A stretch of 64,000 nt of DNA from Klebsiella pneumoniae (GTDB lineage Bacteria; Pseudomonadota; Gammaproteobacteria; Ga0077536), in contig CAMCQE010000004.1 in assembly GCA_945876945.1 (NCBI GenBank), forward strand, positions 3,096 to 67,095, written 5' to 3'. Under the pieces are notes generated by a model, which worked only from the letters and a program-made list of their open reading frames with translations, was not told the DNA's origin and did not search any database. The position numbers were made by a program, and so were the translations under genes. Of the stretch, positions 39,457-48,476 are shown in pieces; position 1 is the stretch's first letter, and the number at the start of each line of letters is the position of its first letter.

Positions 39457-39813
39457 ATGCTCAGCAACGCGCAAATCATTGACGGTCATGACCTCACTTT
39501 CGATCCAGGCGACAAGCGCAACGGCAGCCTGTATCTCGGCACCGCTCGCGACGGCAGCAGCAGCCTCGATGTCGCAGCCACCCTCGGCGCGCTGCGCGCG
39601 GCGGGCTTGTGGTCCGACACCGAAGCCAAGACCGTGCCCGACGAGCACCGGCAAGCCTACAAAGACCAGCTCGTGCTGGTCGATTGCGCCCGCTTTGGCG
39701 GCGCCAGCGGCTTTATCATCGCCCGCTTCGATCACCCCAAATTTCCATCCGATGCCGAGCGCTGGGGCGCCTGGCGCGCGTTCTTTACCCAACATCACGG
39801 CGCCGCCGAATAA
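39457..39813 (+). CDS. Hypothetical protein (118 aa)
   Basis: Strong GC3 bias and a GAAGGAA Shine-Dalgarno sequence support coding. I recognise no family. Confidence 0.55.
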   Translation: MLSNAQIIDGHDLTFDPGDKRNGSLYLGTARDGSSSLDVAATLGALRAAGLWSDTEAKTVPDEHRQAYKDQLVLVDCARFGGASGFIIARFDHPKFPSDAERWGAWRAFFTQHHGAAE

Positions 39814-39828
39814 TTCAGGAGCCTGCCC

Positions 39829-40728
39829 ATGAGCCACGCAACCCGTCCCCTCGAACAAGGCAATGTCCGCGCGAATGGCGTGGATTTTCACTTTCTGGCC
39901 TGCGGCACGGGTCCGCTGGCGCTTTGCGTCCACGGTTTTCCGGACTCAGCCCACACCTATCGCTATCTGTTACCCGCGTTGGCCGATGCCGGCTTCCGCG
40001 CCGTGGCGCCGTTTCTGCGCGGCTTTGCCCCGACCTCGGTCCCGGCCGACGCGCGTTACGACATGAAAACCATTGGCGACGATTTCAACGCCCTGCACGG
40101 CGCCCTCGGCGGCGACGGTGAGGCGGTGCTGATTTCGCATGACTGGGGCGCCGTAGCGGCCTACGCGGCGCTTATCGACCAGCCTCAGAATTGGCGTCGT
40201 ACCGTCATCAGCAATATCCCGCCCATGCCGGTGTTCGGTCAGGTCGCTTTTACCTATGAACAGCTGAAGCGTTTCTTCTACATCTGGTTTTTCCAGATGG
40301 ATTGCGCTGAAGAAGTATTGAAAGCCAACGATTTCGCCATGCTGGACGGCCTGTGGGCCGACTGGTCACCGGGCTACGACGCGAGCTTCGACTTGGCGCA
40401 GACCAAAGCCTGCCTGCGCGATCCGGCGCATCTCGACGCCGCCCTCGGCTACTACCGCACGGTGTTCAATCCGCGCCTACACGGGACCACCGCCTACGGC
40501 GAGCGGCAGGCGCAGGTCTGGGGCCAAGCGCTCACCATGCCTACCCTTTACTTCCACGGCTTGCGCGATGGCTGTGTGGCGATCACGCCCGAACTCGCGA
40601 AGGAAATCCCGGCCTGCTTTGGCCCGGGAAGCCGGGTGGAACTGATTCCCGATGCCGGTCACTTTTTGCTAGTGGAGAAGCCTGATCTGGTGAACCCGCA
40701 GATTGTCGAATTTCTGCGCGCACGCTGA
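39829..40728 (+). CDS. Alpha/beta hydrolase, epoxide-hydrolase-like
   Basis: HGFPDSAHTYRYLLPALADAGFRAVAPFLRGF, the nucleophile context SHDWGA and a C-terminal GHF are present. Confidence 0.8.
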   Translation: MSHATRPLEQGNVRANGVDFHFLACGTGPLALCVHGFPDSAHTYRYLLPALADAGFRAVAPFLRGFAPTSVPADARYDMKTIGDDFNALHGALGGDGEAVLISHDWGAVAAYAALIDQPQNWRRTVISNIPPMPVFGQVAFTYEQLKRFFYIWFFQMDCAEEVLKANDFAMLDGLWADWSPGYDASFDLAQTKACLRDPAHLDAALGYYRTVFNPRLHGTTAYGERQAQVWGQALTMPTLYFHGLRDGCVAITPELAKEIPACFGPGSRVELIPDAGHFLLVEKPDLVNPQIVEFLRAR

Positions 40729-40737
40729 TCAAGACCG

Positions 40738-42072
40738 ATGTCACTTAAGCGCAAGGCGCTGTGGCTGGGTCTGGGTTTGAGCCTGGCGCCGCTGGCCGGC
40801 GCCTATGAACTCTTTCACCTTGAGCGTTTCAAGCTTGAAGCCGACGCCAAGGTGATGGCGGGCTTCCGCCACGGTGAGAACATTAATTTCGGGCTCGGCG
40901 CGGTGGAGGGCTTCGGCTCGCTCAAGTCCACCGGGGAGCAAAGCCGCAACGACCTCCAGATGGCGTTCAAACCCGGACTCAAATTCGATTACACCCGGCC
41001 GGACTACACCGTTTACGGCGGCGGCACCGGGGTGTTTTCCACCACGACACTCGACGGTGAACTCTCCGGGCAGTTCGCCCGCAGCGGCGACCATGCCACC
41101 AACGTCGATTCCGCCTATGTGGGTTGGCGCAACGAGTGGCTGGACTTCTCCTACGGCGCGCGGGAATTTACGGTGGGCGACGGCTTTATCATTGGCGACG
41201 GCAACTTCAACCAGGGCCACGACAACGGCCAGTACTGGACCGGCGCCTTCACCGCCTGGCGCAATACCGGAGTGGTGAAGATCAACACCAAGCCCGTGCG
41301 CGCCGACCTGTTCTGGCTGCGGACAGATGGTGACCTCGGCGACAGCCGCGTCGCCGGGATCAGCATTGAGAACAGCGAGATTGAGCGCTTCGGGCAGCTT
41401 GGCTTTTTGTATTTCGAAGTCTTCGACGATAACGGTCGCAACGGCTTCGCCGGCGCCAAAGTCACCGGCGTGCGCGCCGCCGGCCTGCATTGGCCCTCAC
41501 TGCCCGAGCTAAAGTTCTTTGGCGAATTCGTGGCCCAGCGCGGGCGCGACGACCGCACCGGGGCCAAGGTGGAGGCCAATGCCTGGTACACGGAAGTGAA
41601 CTATCAGTTCAAGCAACTCCCGTGGACGCCTCGGCTTTATTACCGCTATGCCTACTTCTCCGGCGACGACCAGCGAACGCCACAGTTGGAAGAATACCGG
41701 GGTATGTTCTTCACCATCTTCAAGCGTGACTGGGATACCTGGTATCAGGGCGAGATCGCCGGCGAGTTTTTCCTGTTCAACCAAAACCAGATCACCAATA
41801 TGGCGAAGGTGAAGGTATTTCCCAGCCAACGCACGGCGCTTGGCTTTTGGTACTACCACCACGAACTCGCCACCGCGCAGTACTTTGGGCTGCCGACCCA
41901 GCACCTCGAATGGACCGACGAACTGAACTGGTCCTTCGAGTTTTTTGCTAGCGATCGACTCTATTGGTACGTGGGCGCGGCATGGGCGACGCCGGGTGCT
42001 GCGGCCCGCGAAGTCTTTGGCAATGAAGACCAGACGGTGGTCCAGACCTTTATTTCCTACACGTTCCGGTAG
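40738..42072 (+). CDS. Outer-membrane beta-barrel porin (alginate-export-like?)
   Basis: It has a signal peptide, abundant aromatic/Gly strand pattern and the C-terminal sequence ISYTFR. It begins 9 nt after the hydrolase gene. Confidence 0.55.
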   Translation: MSLKRKALWLGLGLSLAPLAGAYELFHLERFKLEADAKVMAGFRHGENINFGLGAVEGFGSLKSTGEQSRNDLQMAFKPGLKFDYTRPDYTVYGGGTGVFSTTTLDGELSGQFARSGDHATNVDSAYVGWRNEWLDFSYGAREFTVGDGFIIGDGNFNQGHDNGQYWTGAFTAWRNTGVVKINTKPVRADLFWLRTDGDLGDSRVAGISIENSEIERFGQLGFLYFEVFDDNGRNGFAGAKVTGVRAAGLHWPSLPELKFFGEFVAQRGRDDRTGAKVEANAWYTEVNYQFKQLPWTPRLYYRYAYFSGDDQRTPQLEEYRGMFFTIFKRDWDTWYQGEIAGEFFLFNQNQITNMAKVKVFPSQRTALGFWYYHHELATAQYFGLPTQHLEWTDELNWSFEFFASDRLYWYVGAAWATPGAAAREVFGNEDQTVVQTFISYTFR

Positions 42073-42168
42073 GCCTCGCGAGGCAGCCCTGCCCGGGTTG
42101 ATCGTGTTACTCTCGCGGCCCTGCTTGGTTCAATTTCACGTTTACTTTCAGTCCCGGAGGACCTGTTC

Positions 42169-43254
42169 ATGAAGGCTGTGGTCGCCAATAAACTCAACGA
42201 ATACGCTGTCGTCAACGTCGATCTAGACCCGCCGAAAATGGGCGAAGTCCTGATCAAGATGAAAGCCACCGGCGTGTGTCACTCCGACCTCTCCGTGGTG
42301 AACGGCACCATTCCCAGCCCCTTCCCGGTCGTGTTGGGCCATGAAGGCGCCGGCATCGTGGACCAGGTTGGCGAAGGCGTGACCAACGTCAAACCCGGCG
42401 ACCACGTGGTGATCTCCTTCATTCCGCACTGCGGCCACTGCTTCTACTGCGACCATCAGGAGCCTTACCTCTGCTCCGGCGCCAAGCAGGACGGCAATCT
42501 GTTTGACGGCACCACCCGCGTGAGCAAAGACGGCCAGCGCATTTTTGTGATGTCCTTCGTGGGGATCATGGCCGAATACGCCGTCGTCCCCGCCGCCTGC
42601 GTGGTGGCGATCGACAAATCCTTCGATTTCAAAGCCGCCGCCCTCGTCGGCTGCGGCGTGACCACCGGTGTGGGTGCCGCCATCCGCACGGCGGAAGTGA
42701 AACCCGGCAGCACCGTGGCCGTGTTCGGTTGTGGCGGCGTGGGGCTCAACGTCATTCAGGGCGCGCGTATTGCGGGCGCCAAGCAAATCATCGCCTGCGA
42801 CCTCTCCGCCGAGAAAATGGAAATGGCGAAGTCCTTCGGCGCCACCCACACGGTGGACCCGGCCGGCGATTTCGTGAAGCAGATTCAGGGCATGACCAAC
42901 GGCATCGGCGCGGATTACGCGTTTGACGTGGTCGGACACAGCAAGGTCATCGAACAGTGCATCAAGGCGACCCGCAAGAACGGCGTGTCCGTGCTGGTAG
43001 GCGTGGGTCGGATGGACGATCGTTTCTCCGTCAACGCCGCGATCCTTCCGTTCACGGCCAAGACCATCAAAGGGTGCATGTACGGCAGCGCCAACTTCAA
43101 GGCCGATTTCCCGATGTACCTTGACCTCTACAAGGCCGGCAAACTGGATCTGGATCGACTGATTACCAAGACCTATTCGCTGGATGAGGCCCCGGCCGCA
43201 TTCGAGGACATGGAAAAAGGTCGCAACGCCCGCGGCGTGATCGTTCACGCCTGA
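42169..43254 (+). CDS. Zinc-dependent alcohol dehydrogenase (class-III-like MDR)
   Basis: [20 protein letters not shown], the structural-zinc Cys cluster [15 protein letters not shown] and a GCGGVG Rossmann motif are present. Confidence 0.85.
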   Translation: MKAVVANKLNEYAVVNVDLDPPKMGEVLIKMKATGVCHSDLSVVNGTIPSPFPVVLGHEGAGIVDQVGEGVTNVKPGDHVVISFIPHCGHCFYCDHQEPYLCSGAKQDGNLFDGTTRVSKDGQRIFVMSFVGIMAEYAVVPAACVVAIDKSFDFKAAALVGCGVTTGVGAAIRTAEVKPGSTVAVFGCGGVGLNVIQGARIAGAKQIIACDLSAEKMEMAKSFGATHTVDPAGDFVKQIQGMTNGIGADYAFDVVGHSKVIEQCIKATRKNGVSVLVGVGRMDDRFSVNAAILPFTAKTIKGCMYGSANFKADFPMYLDLYKAGKLDLDRLITKTYSLDEAPAAFEDMEKGRNARGVIVHA

Positions 43255-43263
43255 GGCGCCTGA

Positions 43264-43302
43264 CCGGGCGGCGGCAAAGCCGCTGCCCGGTTCCCAATTT
43301 TT
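43264..43302 (+). terminator. Rho-independent terminator candidate
   Basis: A 12-bp stem CCGGGCGGCGGC-aaa-GCCGCTGCCCGG (one G-U pair) is followed by TTCCCAATTTTT. Confidence 0.6.
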
Positions 43303-43343
43303 GATGCCCCGCCTATAGTAGGCGGGCTACCGCCACACCGGCA

Positions 43344-44285
43344 TTGCCGCACGAGGTCGCTCCGTTACGCATGGGCTGGGAACTTCTTTTGACCGATTTG
43401 CCGCGGGGTGAAACCAGCGGCCGCACGTATGCGCAGTCGACGGTGAGAATCGGCCGCAACCCGGACTGCGAACTCATCCTCAAGCACAATCAGGTTTCCC
43501 GCCTGCACCTCACGCTGAGCAAAGAAGGCGAGAAGTATTTCGCCGAAGACTCCAGCAGTAATGGCACGTTTCTGAAAGACGGCACCGGCTGGCAGCGCTT
43601 ACAGGGCAAGAGCGAACTCCAACTCCCCACCACGCTGCGGCTCGCCGACTGGACGTTGCGCGTAGATTACGAAGCGGAGGCAGATTGGGACCGTTCGGTC
43701 ATTATCCCGGCCGGCCATCTCGCCAAAAAAGTTGAGGCCATTCTGGTCTTTGACCTCTGCGAGTCGTCCAAACTGGCCAATCAGGACGACCAGATGGCGC
43801 TGCATCTCAAAAATCGCCTCATGCAAATCGCCGAGCCGCTGCTCAACGAGCACGGCAAGACCTTCATCAAGAGCACGGGCGATGGTTTCCTCGCCACGCT
43901 GGCGTCACCGACCAAGGCGCTGGTGGCGGCACTGGAGCTAGAGCGCCGCATTCAAGCCCGCAATGCCAAAACAGATAACGCCCCGATTCACTACCGCATC
44001 GCGCTTCACCATGGCGACGTCTGGGGTGTGGCCGGGAGCGAGCAGGACATTCACGGCAACGACATCAACATCACCTTCCGGATTGAAGGGGTGCAAGCCG
44101 AAGCCTTCCCGAACGCCAGCACGGAGTTCCCGCGCATGGACCGCGTGCTGTGCTCCGCCTCAATGCTGGCAACCGTGAGCGCCGAAAGCCTCCTGCCATC
44201 AGGTTTCGAAGCAATCGAAATTGGCGAGGCCAATCTGAAAGGCATCGCGGATCCCACCCGCATCGTCTGGTTAAAAACCCGCTAG
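43344..44285 (+). CDS. FHA domain fused to a class III nucleotidyl (adenylate-type) cyclase domain
   Basis: The FHA part reads VRIGRNPDCELILKHNQVSRLHL...SSNGTFL. The cyclase part has VFDLCESS, FIKSTGDGF and GNDINITFRIEG. The start is either TTG at 43344 or ATG at 43371. Confidence 0.75.
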   Translation: MPHEVAPLRMGWELLLTDLPRGETSGRTYAQSTVRIGRNPDCELILKHNQVSRLHLTLSKEGEKYFAEDSSSNGTFLKDGTGWQRLQGKSELQLPTTLRLADWTLRVDYEAEADWDRSVIIPAGHLAKKVEAILVFDLCESSKLANQDDQMALHLKNRLMQIAEPLLNEHGKTFIKSTGDGFLATLASPTKALVAALELERRIQARNAKTDNAPIHYRIALHHGDVWGVAGSEQDIHGNDINITFRIEGVQAEAFPNASTEFPRMDRVLCSASMLATVSAESLLPSGFEAIEIGEANLKGIADPTRIVWLKTR

Positions 44286-44307
44286 GCTCGGCCTCCGGAA
44301 AATCCCG

Positions 44308-44335
44308 AAAAAAAGGCCCTTTAGCGGGCCTTTTT
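44308..44335. terminator. Bidirectional-looking intrinsic terminator
   Basis: AAAAAGGCCC-tttagc-GGGCCTTTTT lies 23 nt after the cyclase stop. Confidence 0.6.
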
Positions 44336-44489
44336 CACACAAGCTTCACGCAACTTTCCGCCGACTGAAAAATCCGGCGCCGACACTCCTGCTTGCCCTC
44401 AAGCAACCTTGAATCGATCGCGGCCGCGCGGGTGGGCGAGGCCGGATTGGAAACGAGGAAATTCCCTTTTACCCTCAGGAGTGAGATCC

Positions 44490-46055
44490 ATGATTAGTAA
44501 GATTAAGACCCCGCTGGCGGCCGCGATTGCGTTGGCGCTGAGCGGTTCTGCGTTTGCGGCAACCGGCCCGAGTTCTTCAGCAGCCCCCTACATGGTCGGG
44601 GTGGCTCCGGGCGTAAGCTTCACCTCCATTCTGACCGCCGGCGACTCCGTTGGCGGCTACACCATGGGCGGTATCCCGGACGGGATGGGCGCCTATGACA
44701 ACAACGACGGGACGTTCACCGTCCTCATCGCCCACGAATGGGGTGCGACCGCGGGCACCACACACGCCCACGGTGCCAAGGGCTCCTATATCTCAAAGTG
44801 GACCGTGAACAAGTCGAACCTTGCGGTGACCGCCGGCAGCGACCTCATCACCTCCGTGCAGAACTACAGCGGCGGCGCGTTCTCCGCTGCCACCGCTAAC
44901 GCTTTCGCGCGCTTTTGCTCGGCCGATCTGCCGAAGACGTCCGCCCTCTACAACGCCGTCTCCGGCAAGGGCTACAACGGCAAGATCTTCATGGCCGGTG
45001 AAGAAGCCGGCGCCGAAGGCCGGGCCTATGGTGTCGACGTCAGCAGCGGTACCGCCTATCAGTTGGCCCACCTGGGCCGCTTCAGCTGGGAAAACGCGCT
45101 GGCCAATCCCTACGCTCAGGACAAGACCGTCGTCATCGGCACCGATGACAGCTCGCCGGGTCAGGTCTACCTCTACGTCGGTGACAAGCAGAGCACCGGC
45201 AACGCGGTTGAGAAAGCCGGCCTTGTGGGCGGCAACCTCTTTGGCATCAAGGTGAACGGCTTCGCTGCGGACGAAACCCGCGCACTGGGCTTCGGCAATG
45301 GCGCTACCTTTACCGCTGAAGCGCTCGGGGATGTTTCTGCCAAAACCGGTGCGCAGGTTCAAGCCGCCAGCGAAACCGCCGGCGTGACCGAATTCCTGCG
45401 CCCGGAAGACGGCGTGTGGAGCACCATTGACCCGTCGAAGTTCTACTTTGTGACCACCGACCGCGCCTCCGCCACCGGCACCGGCACGGGTGCGCAAACC
45501 ACGCAGGCTGCGGCCAGCCGCCTGTATCGCCTCAACTTCAGCGACATCACCAACCCAAGCGCCGGCGGCACGATTGACCTGCTGATCGACGGTGCGGCCG
45601 GTGGCGTCAACGGCGTGCGCCCGGAAATGATGGACAACATCGCTTTTGACGACGTCACGGGCGACCTCATCATCTCGGAAGACGCGGGCAACAACGCCCG
45701 CAGCGGCCGGGTCTGGAGCTACAACCCGGGCAGCGGTCAGCTGGTTGAGTTGGCGAAACACTTCGCCGGTAACGGGGACGTCGGCGTCAACGCCGCCGCC
45801 GGGTTCAGCCAGGACGAAGAGATTTCCGGCCAGATCGACGTCTCCGCGCTGTTTGCCGGCGTGGCGGGCTACGACACCAGCGCCTATCGCTACTACCTGA
45901 TGGTTGACCAGCAGCACATCGCCACCGGCGACCCGCTGACCGTAGAAAAAGGTCAGCTGATGCTGATGGCGAAGCCCGTGCCGGTCCCGGCCGCCATGTG
46001 GCTGTTTGGCTCCGCGATGGCTGGCTTCGCCGCTCTGCGTCGCAAGCGCGCCTAA
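44490..46055 (+). CDS. Secreted protein with N-terminal signal peptide and PEP-CTERM-like (VPxPA-type) C-terminal sorting tail
   Basis: The ATG at 44490 follows a CAGGAG Shine-Dalgarno sequence. The signal peptide ends LALSGSAFA. The C-terminus is VPVPAAMWLFGSAMAGFAALRRKRA (motif, TM helix, basic end). The body may be beta-propeller-like (GGIPDGMGAYDNNDGTFTV). Confidence 0.7.
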   Translation: MISKIKTPLAAAIALALSGSAFAATGPSSSAAPYMVGVAPGVSFTSILTAGDSVGGYTMGGIPDGMGAYDNNDGTFTVLIAHEWGATAGTTHAHGAKGSYISKWTVNKSNLAVTAGSDLITSVQNYSGGAFSAATANAFARFCSADLPKTSALYNAVSGKGYNGKIFMAGEEAGAEGRAYGVDVSSGTAYQLAHLGRFSWENALANPYAQDKTVVIGTDDSSPGQVYLYVGDKQSTGNAVEKAGLVGGNLFGIKVNGFAADETRALGFGNGATFTAEALGDVSAKTGAQVQAASETAGVTEFLRPEDGVWSTIDPSKFYFVTTDRASATGTGTGAQTTQAAASRLYRLNFSDITNPSAGGTIDLLIDGAAGGVNGVRPEMMDNIAFDDVTGDLIISEDAGNNARSGRVWSYNPGSGQLVELAKHFAGNGDVGVNAAAGFSQDEEISGQIDVSALFAGVAGYDTSAYRYYLMVDQQHIATGDPLTVEKGQLMLMAKPVPVPAAMWLFGSAMAGFAALRRKRA

Positions 46056-46097
46056 GGGTTCTCGCGCGGCATCTGTCCGCGCGTCCCATCACCGCGT

Positions 46098-46119
46098 CGG
46101 ACGGCCTTCGGGCCGTCCG
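46098..46119. terminator. 9-bp GC stem with TTCG tetraloop between convergent genes
   Basis: The sequence is CGGACGGCC-ttcg-GGCCGTCCG. Neither strand has a U-tract, so function is uncertain. Confidence 0.35.
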
Positions 46120-46151
46120 GCGTCGGTTCCAGTCCTCCCCGATCTTCGCGT

Positions 46152-46769
46152 CTAGCGCGCATTGCCCCAGTACAAATAGCCCATCGGCTTCGGCGTGCTG
46201 CTCGCGTATTCCTGATTGAGCGACTCAATCGAAAACCCCGCGTCTTCGATAATCCCGGGCATATTGCGGTTGAGATTGCAGCCGCAGGCCAGCACCTTCC
46301 ACATCCCGTTGAGACGGTCTTGCCAGGTAGCGACGCCGGCGTCTGGCGCCCGCCCATGTTCCAGAAAGAGCAAGGCGCCGCCAGGTTTCAATACACGCTT
46401 GGCGGCCTTGAGCGCCCGCACCGGATCAGGAATCGTGCACAGACTGAAGGTCACGACCACGGTGTCGACGCTCGCGGGCGGCAAGGCAATGTCTTCACCG
46501 GCGAGCCCGATGCACTCCACCGGAAACTGGGCCGCCGCAATCCGCGACGCGCCGAGTTCGCGCATGCGCTCGCTGGGATCAACCCCCGTGACCCGGTTGA
46601 CCTGCGCCGCCGTGTACAGCGGCAGATTGAGGCAGGAGCCGATGCCTAGCTCCAGCACTTCCCCGCTGGCCTGTGGCACCACGCGCTCGCGATAGGCCTT
46701 GATGAAACTTGCGCCACAAATCGCATTGATCATCGGGGCGCCGATCAAACGTTCATAGAGACTCGCCAT
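46152..46769 (-). CDS. Class I SAM-dependent methyltransferase
   Basis: Motif I is VLELGIGSCLN. A post-I acidic residue is present, and the LKPGGALLFLEH region fits Methyltransf_11-like proteins. Confidence 0.8.
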   Translation of the reverse strand: MASLYERLIGAPMINAICGASFIKAYRERVVPQASGEVLELGIGSCLNLPLYTAAQVNRVTGVDPSERMRELGASRIAAAQFPVECIGLAGEDIALPPASVDTVVVTFSLCTIPDPVRALKAAKRVLKPGGALLFLEHGRAPDAGVATWQDRLNGMWKVLACGCNLNRNMPGIIEDAGFSIESLNQEYASSTPKPMGYLYWGNAR

Positions 46770-46871
46770 CTGCTTACTCCTGTTGGGTAGACCGGACTCG
46801 CGGCGGATTGTGCGCTAGCATGCCGACCCTGCCCAGCGTGGGGCCTCGCTCACCCAATTCCGGAACTCCCT

Positions 46872-48101
46872 ATGAGCAATGCACATCAGCAGCGCGCCAT
46901 CATCATCGGTGGCTCCATGGCCGGCCTGTTCTGCGGCGTGTTGTTACGCGCCGCCGGTTGGGAGGTCGAAATCTTTGAGCGCGCCGGCGAAGAACTCGCG
47001 AGTCGCGGCGCAGGGATCGCCACTCACAACGAGCTCTATGACGCGTTTCGCGTCGCCGGCATCGAGATGCGCCCCGAGATGGGCGTCGCGTCCAAAGGTC
47101 GTTTGGTGTTTGCCCCGGACGGCAGCCTGCTCGGCACCTGCGAGATGCCACAGATCATGACGTCATGGGGTTTTATCTATCGCTTTCTCCGCCAGCAGTT
47201 TCCAGACGGGACCTATCACAACGGCTACACGCTGGAGTCCCTCACGCAAACATCGACTGGCGTCGAGGCCTGCTTCAGCAATGGCCATGTGGCCCGCGGC
47301 GACTGGCTCATCGGCGCCGACGGCACGCGCTCTACGGTGCGCGCCTGTGTAGCGCCAGACATTCAGGCGCGCTACTGCGGTTATTTTGCCTGGCGCGGTC
47401 TGGTCGATGAGGCCCTACTCTCGCCTGCGGTGCGCGACCTGCTGGATGGCCAGTTTGCCTTGAACCCGGCCGACCACGGCCATCTGCTCGGCTACATGGT
47501 GGCGGGCCCGAACGACGACCTCCGGCCCGGCCATCGCTGGTACAACTGGGGCTGGTATCGCCGCGGCGATGAGCAGGCGCTCCGCGATCACCTCACCGGC
47601 ACCGACGGCCAGCATTACCCGCAAGGCATTCCACACCATCTCATTCGCCCCGAGCTGGTGGCGATATTACGCGAGCAGTCGGCGCGCGACCTCGCGCCCT
47701 GCATTCAGGAAGTCATCGCGCGCACGGTGCGCCCCTTCCTGCAGCCGATTTACGAAGTGGAGTCGATGCGTATGGTGCACGGCCGGGTGGCGCTGATTGG
47801 CGACGCCGCCTTCACCGCTCGACCGCACGTGGGGCTGGGGGTTTCCAAAGCGGCCGAAGACGCCACCACGCTGGCCACTGCGTTGACCACCAATACCGTA
47901 GACGCCTGGGAAAAAGACCGCCTGCGTTACGGACGCGCGGCGGCCGCCTGGGGACAACGCCTGGGGAGCTACATCGAGACCCCAAGAGAAAACGATCCCG
48001 AGCACCGGCGCGAGGCCGTGCGCAATCGCGAGCCAGAGGTGTTGATGGTCGAGACCGCCGCGCACGAACCGCATCGCTATCTGGAACTCGACAGGTTCTA
48101 G
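46872..48101 (+). CDS. FAD-dependent aromatic-ring-hydroxylase-like monooxygenase
   Basis: The dinucleotide fold is AIIIGGSMAGLFCGVLL..EIFER. GADGTRSTVR and the GDAAF motif are present. Confidence 0.8.
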   Translation: MSNAHQQRAIIIGGSMAGLFCGVLLRAAGWEVEIFERAGEELASRGAGIATHNELYDAFRVAGIEMRPEMGVASKGRLVFAPDGSLLGTCEMPQIMTSWGFIYRFLRQQFPDGTYHNGYTLESLTQTSTGVEACFSNGHVARGDWLIGADGTRSTVRACVAPDIQARYCGYFAWRGLVDEALLSPAVRDLLDGQFALNPADHGHLLGYMVAGPNDDLRPGHRWYNWGWYRRGDEQALRDHLTGTDGQHYPQGIPHHLIRPELVAILREQSARDLAPCIQEVIARTVRPFLQPIYEVESMRMVHGRVALIGDAAFTARPHVGLGVSKAAEDATTLATALTTNTVDAWEKDRLRYGRAAAAWGQRLGSYIETPRENDPEHRREAVRNREPEVLMVETAAHEPHRYLELDRF

Positions 48102-48132
48102 GCGGAGACCAAAGGCCGTGTGGTGAACGCGC

Positions 48133-48380
48133 TGCCGGCCCATTCATTCATCCTTCGACTGGCTCAGCACGAACGGGCTTTGGAATTTGCGGTCAGGAAT
48201 TTGGGGTCAGAGTAAAAACTCAAAGAAGCCTTTAGGGTCGTCGTAAGTTCAAACAATTTTTACTCTGACCCCAAATTCGCTAGCCAAAGACCGAGACCCG
48301 GCCGGGAAGCGTGTGCCGGCCCGTTCATGCTTCGAAAAGCTCAGCACGAACGGGCTTTGGAATTTGGGTTCAGAAATTTG
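48133..48380. repeat. Composite intergenic repeat: two direct copies of about 70 bp flanking a long hairpin
   Basis: TGCCGGCCC..TTCGA..GCTCAGCACGAACGGGCTTTGGAATTTG occurs at about 48133-48200 and 48313-48380. The 28-nt core is exact at 48162-48189 and 48339-48366. The region is visibly AT-richer than its flanks. Confidence 0.75.
48197..48278. repeat. Perfect 22-bp inverted repeat with 38-nt loop
   Basis: GAATTTGGGGTCAGAGTAAAAA (48197-48218) pairs with TTTTTACTCTGACCCCAAATTC (48257-48278). Confidence 0.9.
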
Positions 48381-48476
48381 AATTTGATGCCTCGCAGCCC
48401 TCGCTACCGTTCGCGCCTCCGCTTGTCGAAGGGCGCGCCGAAGGCACCGCTGCAAACACCTACGGTTACCGGCGCC

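Noticed and set aside
42223-43248. A 341-aa ORF antisense to the Zn-ADH. The 44793-45917 ORF opposite the PEP-CTERM protein gene is a similar case.
   Set aside because: These are shadow ORFs. The sense-strand products carry diagnostic motifs and Shine-Dalgarno sequences.
48249-48455. A 68-aa ORF inside the repeat island.
   Set aside because: It has no Shine-Dalgarno sequence and atypical composition, and it spans repeat and hairpin sequence. It is more likely non-coding.
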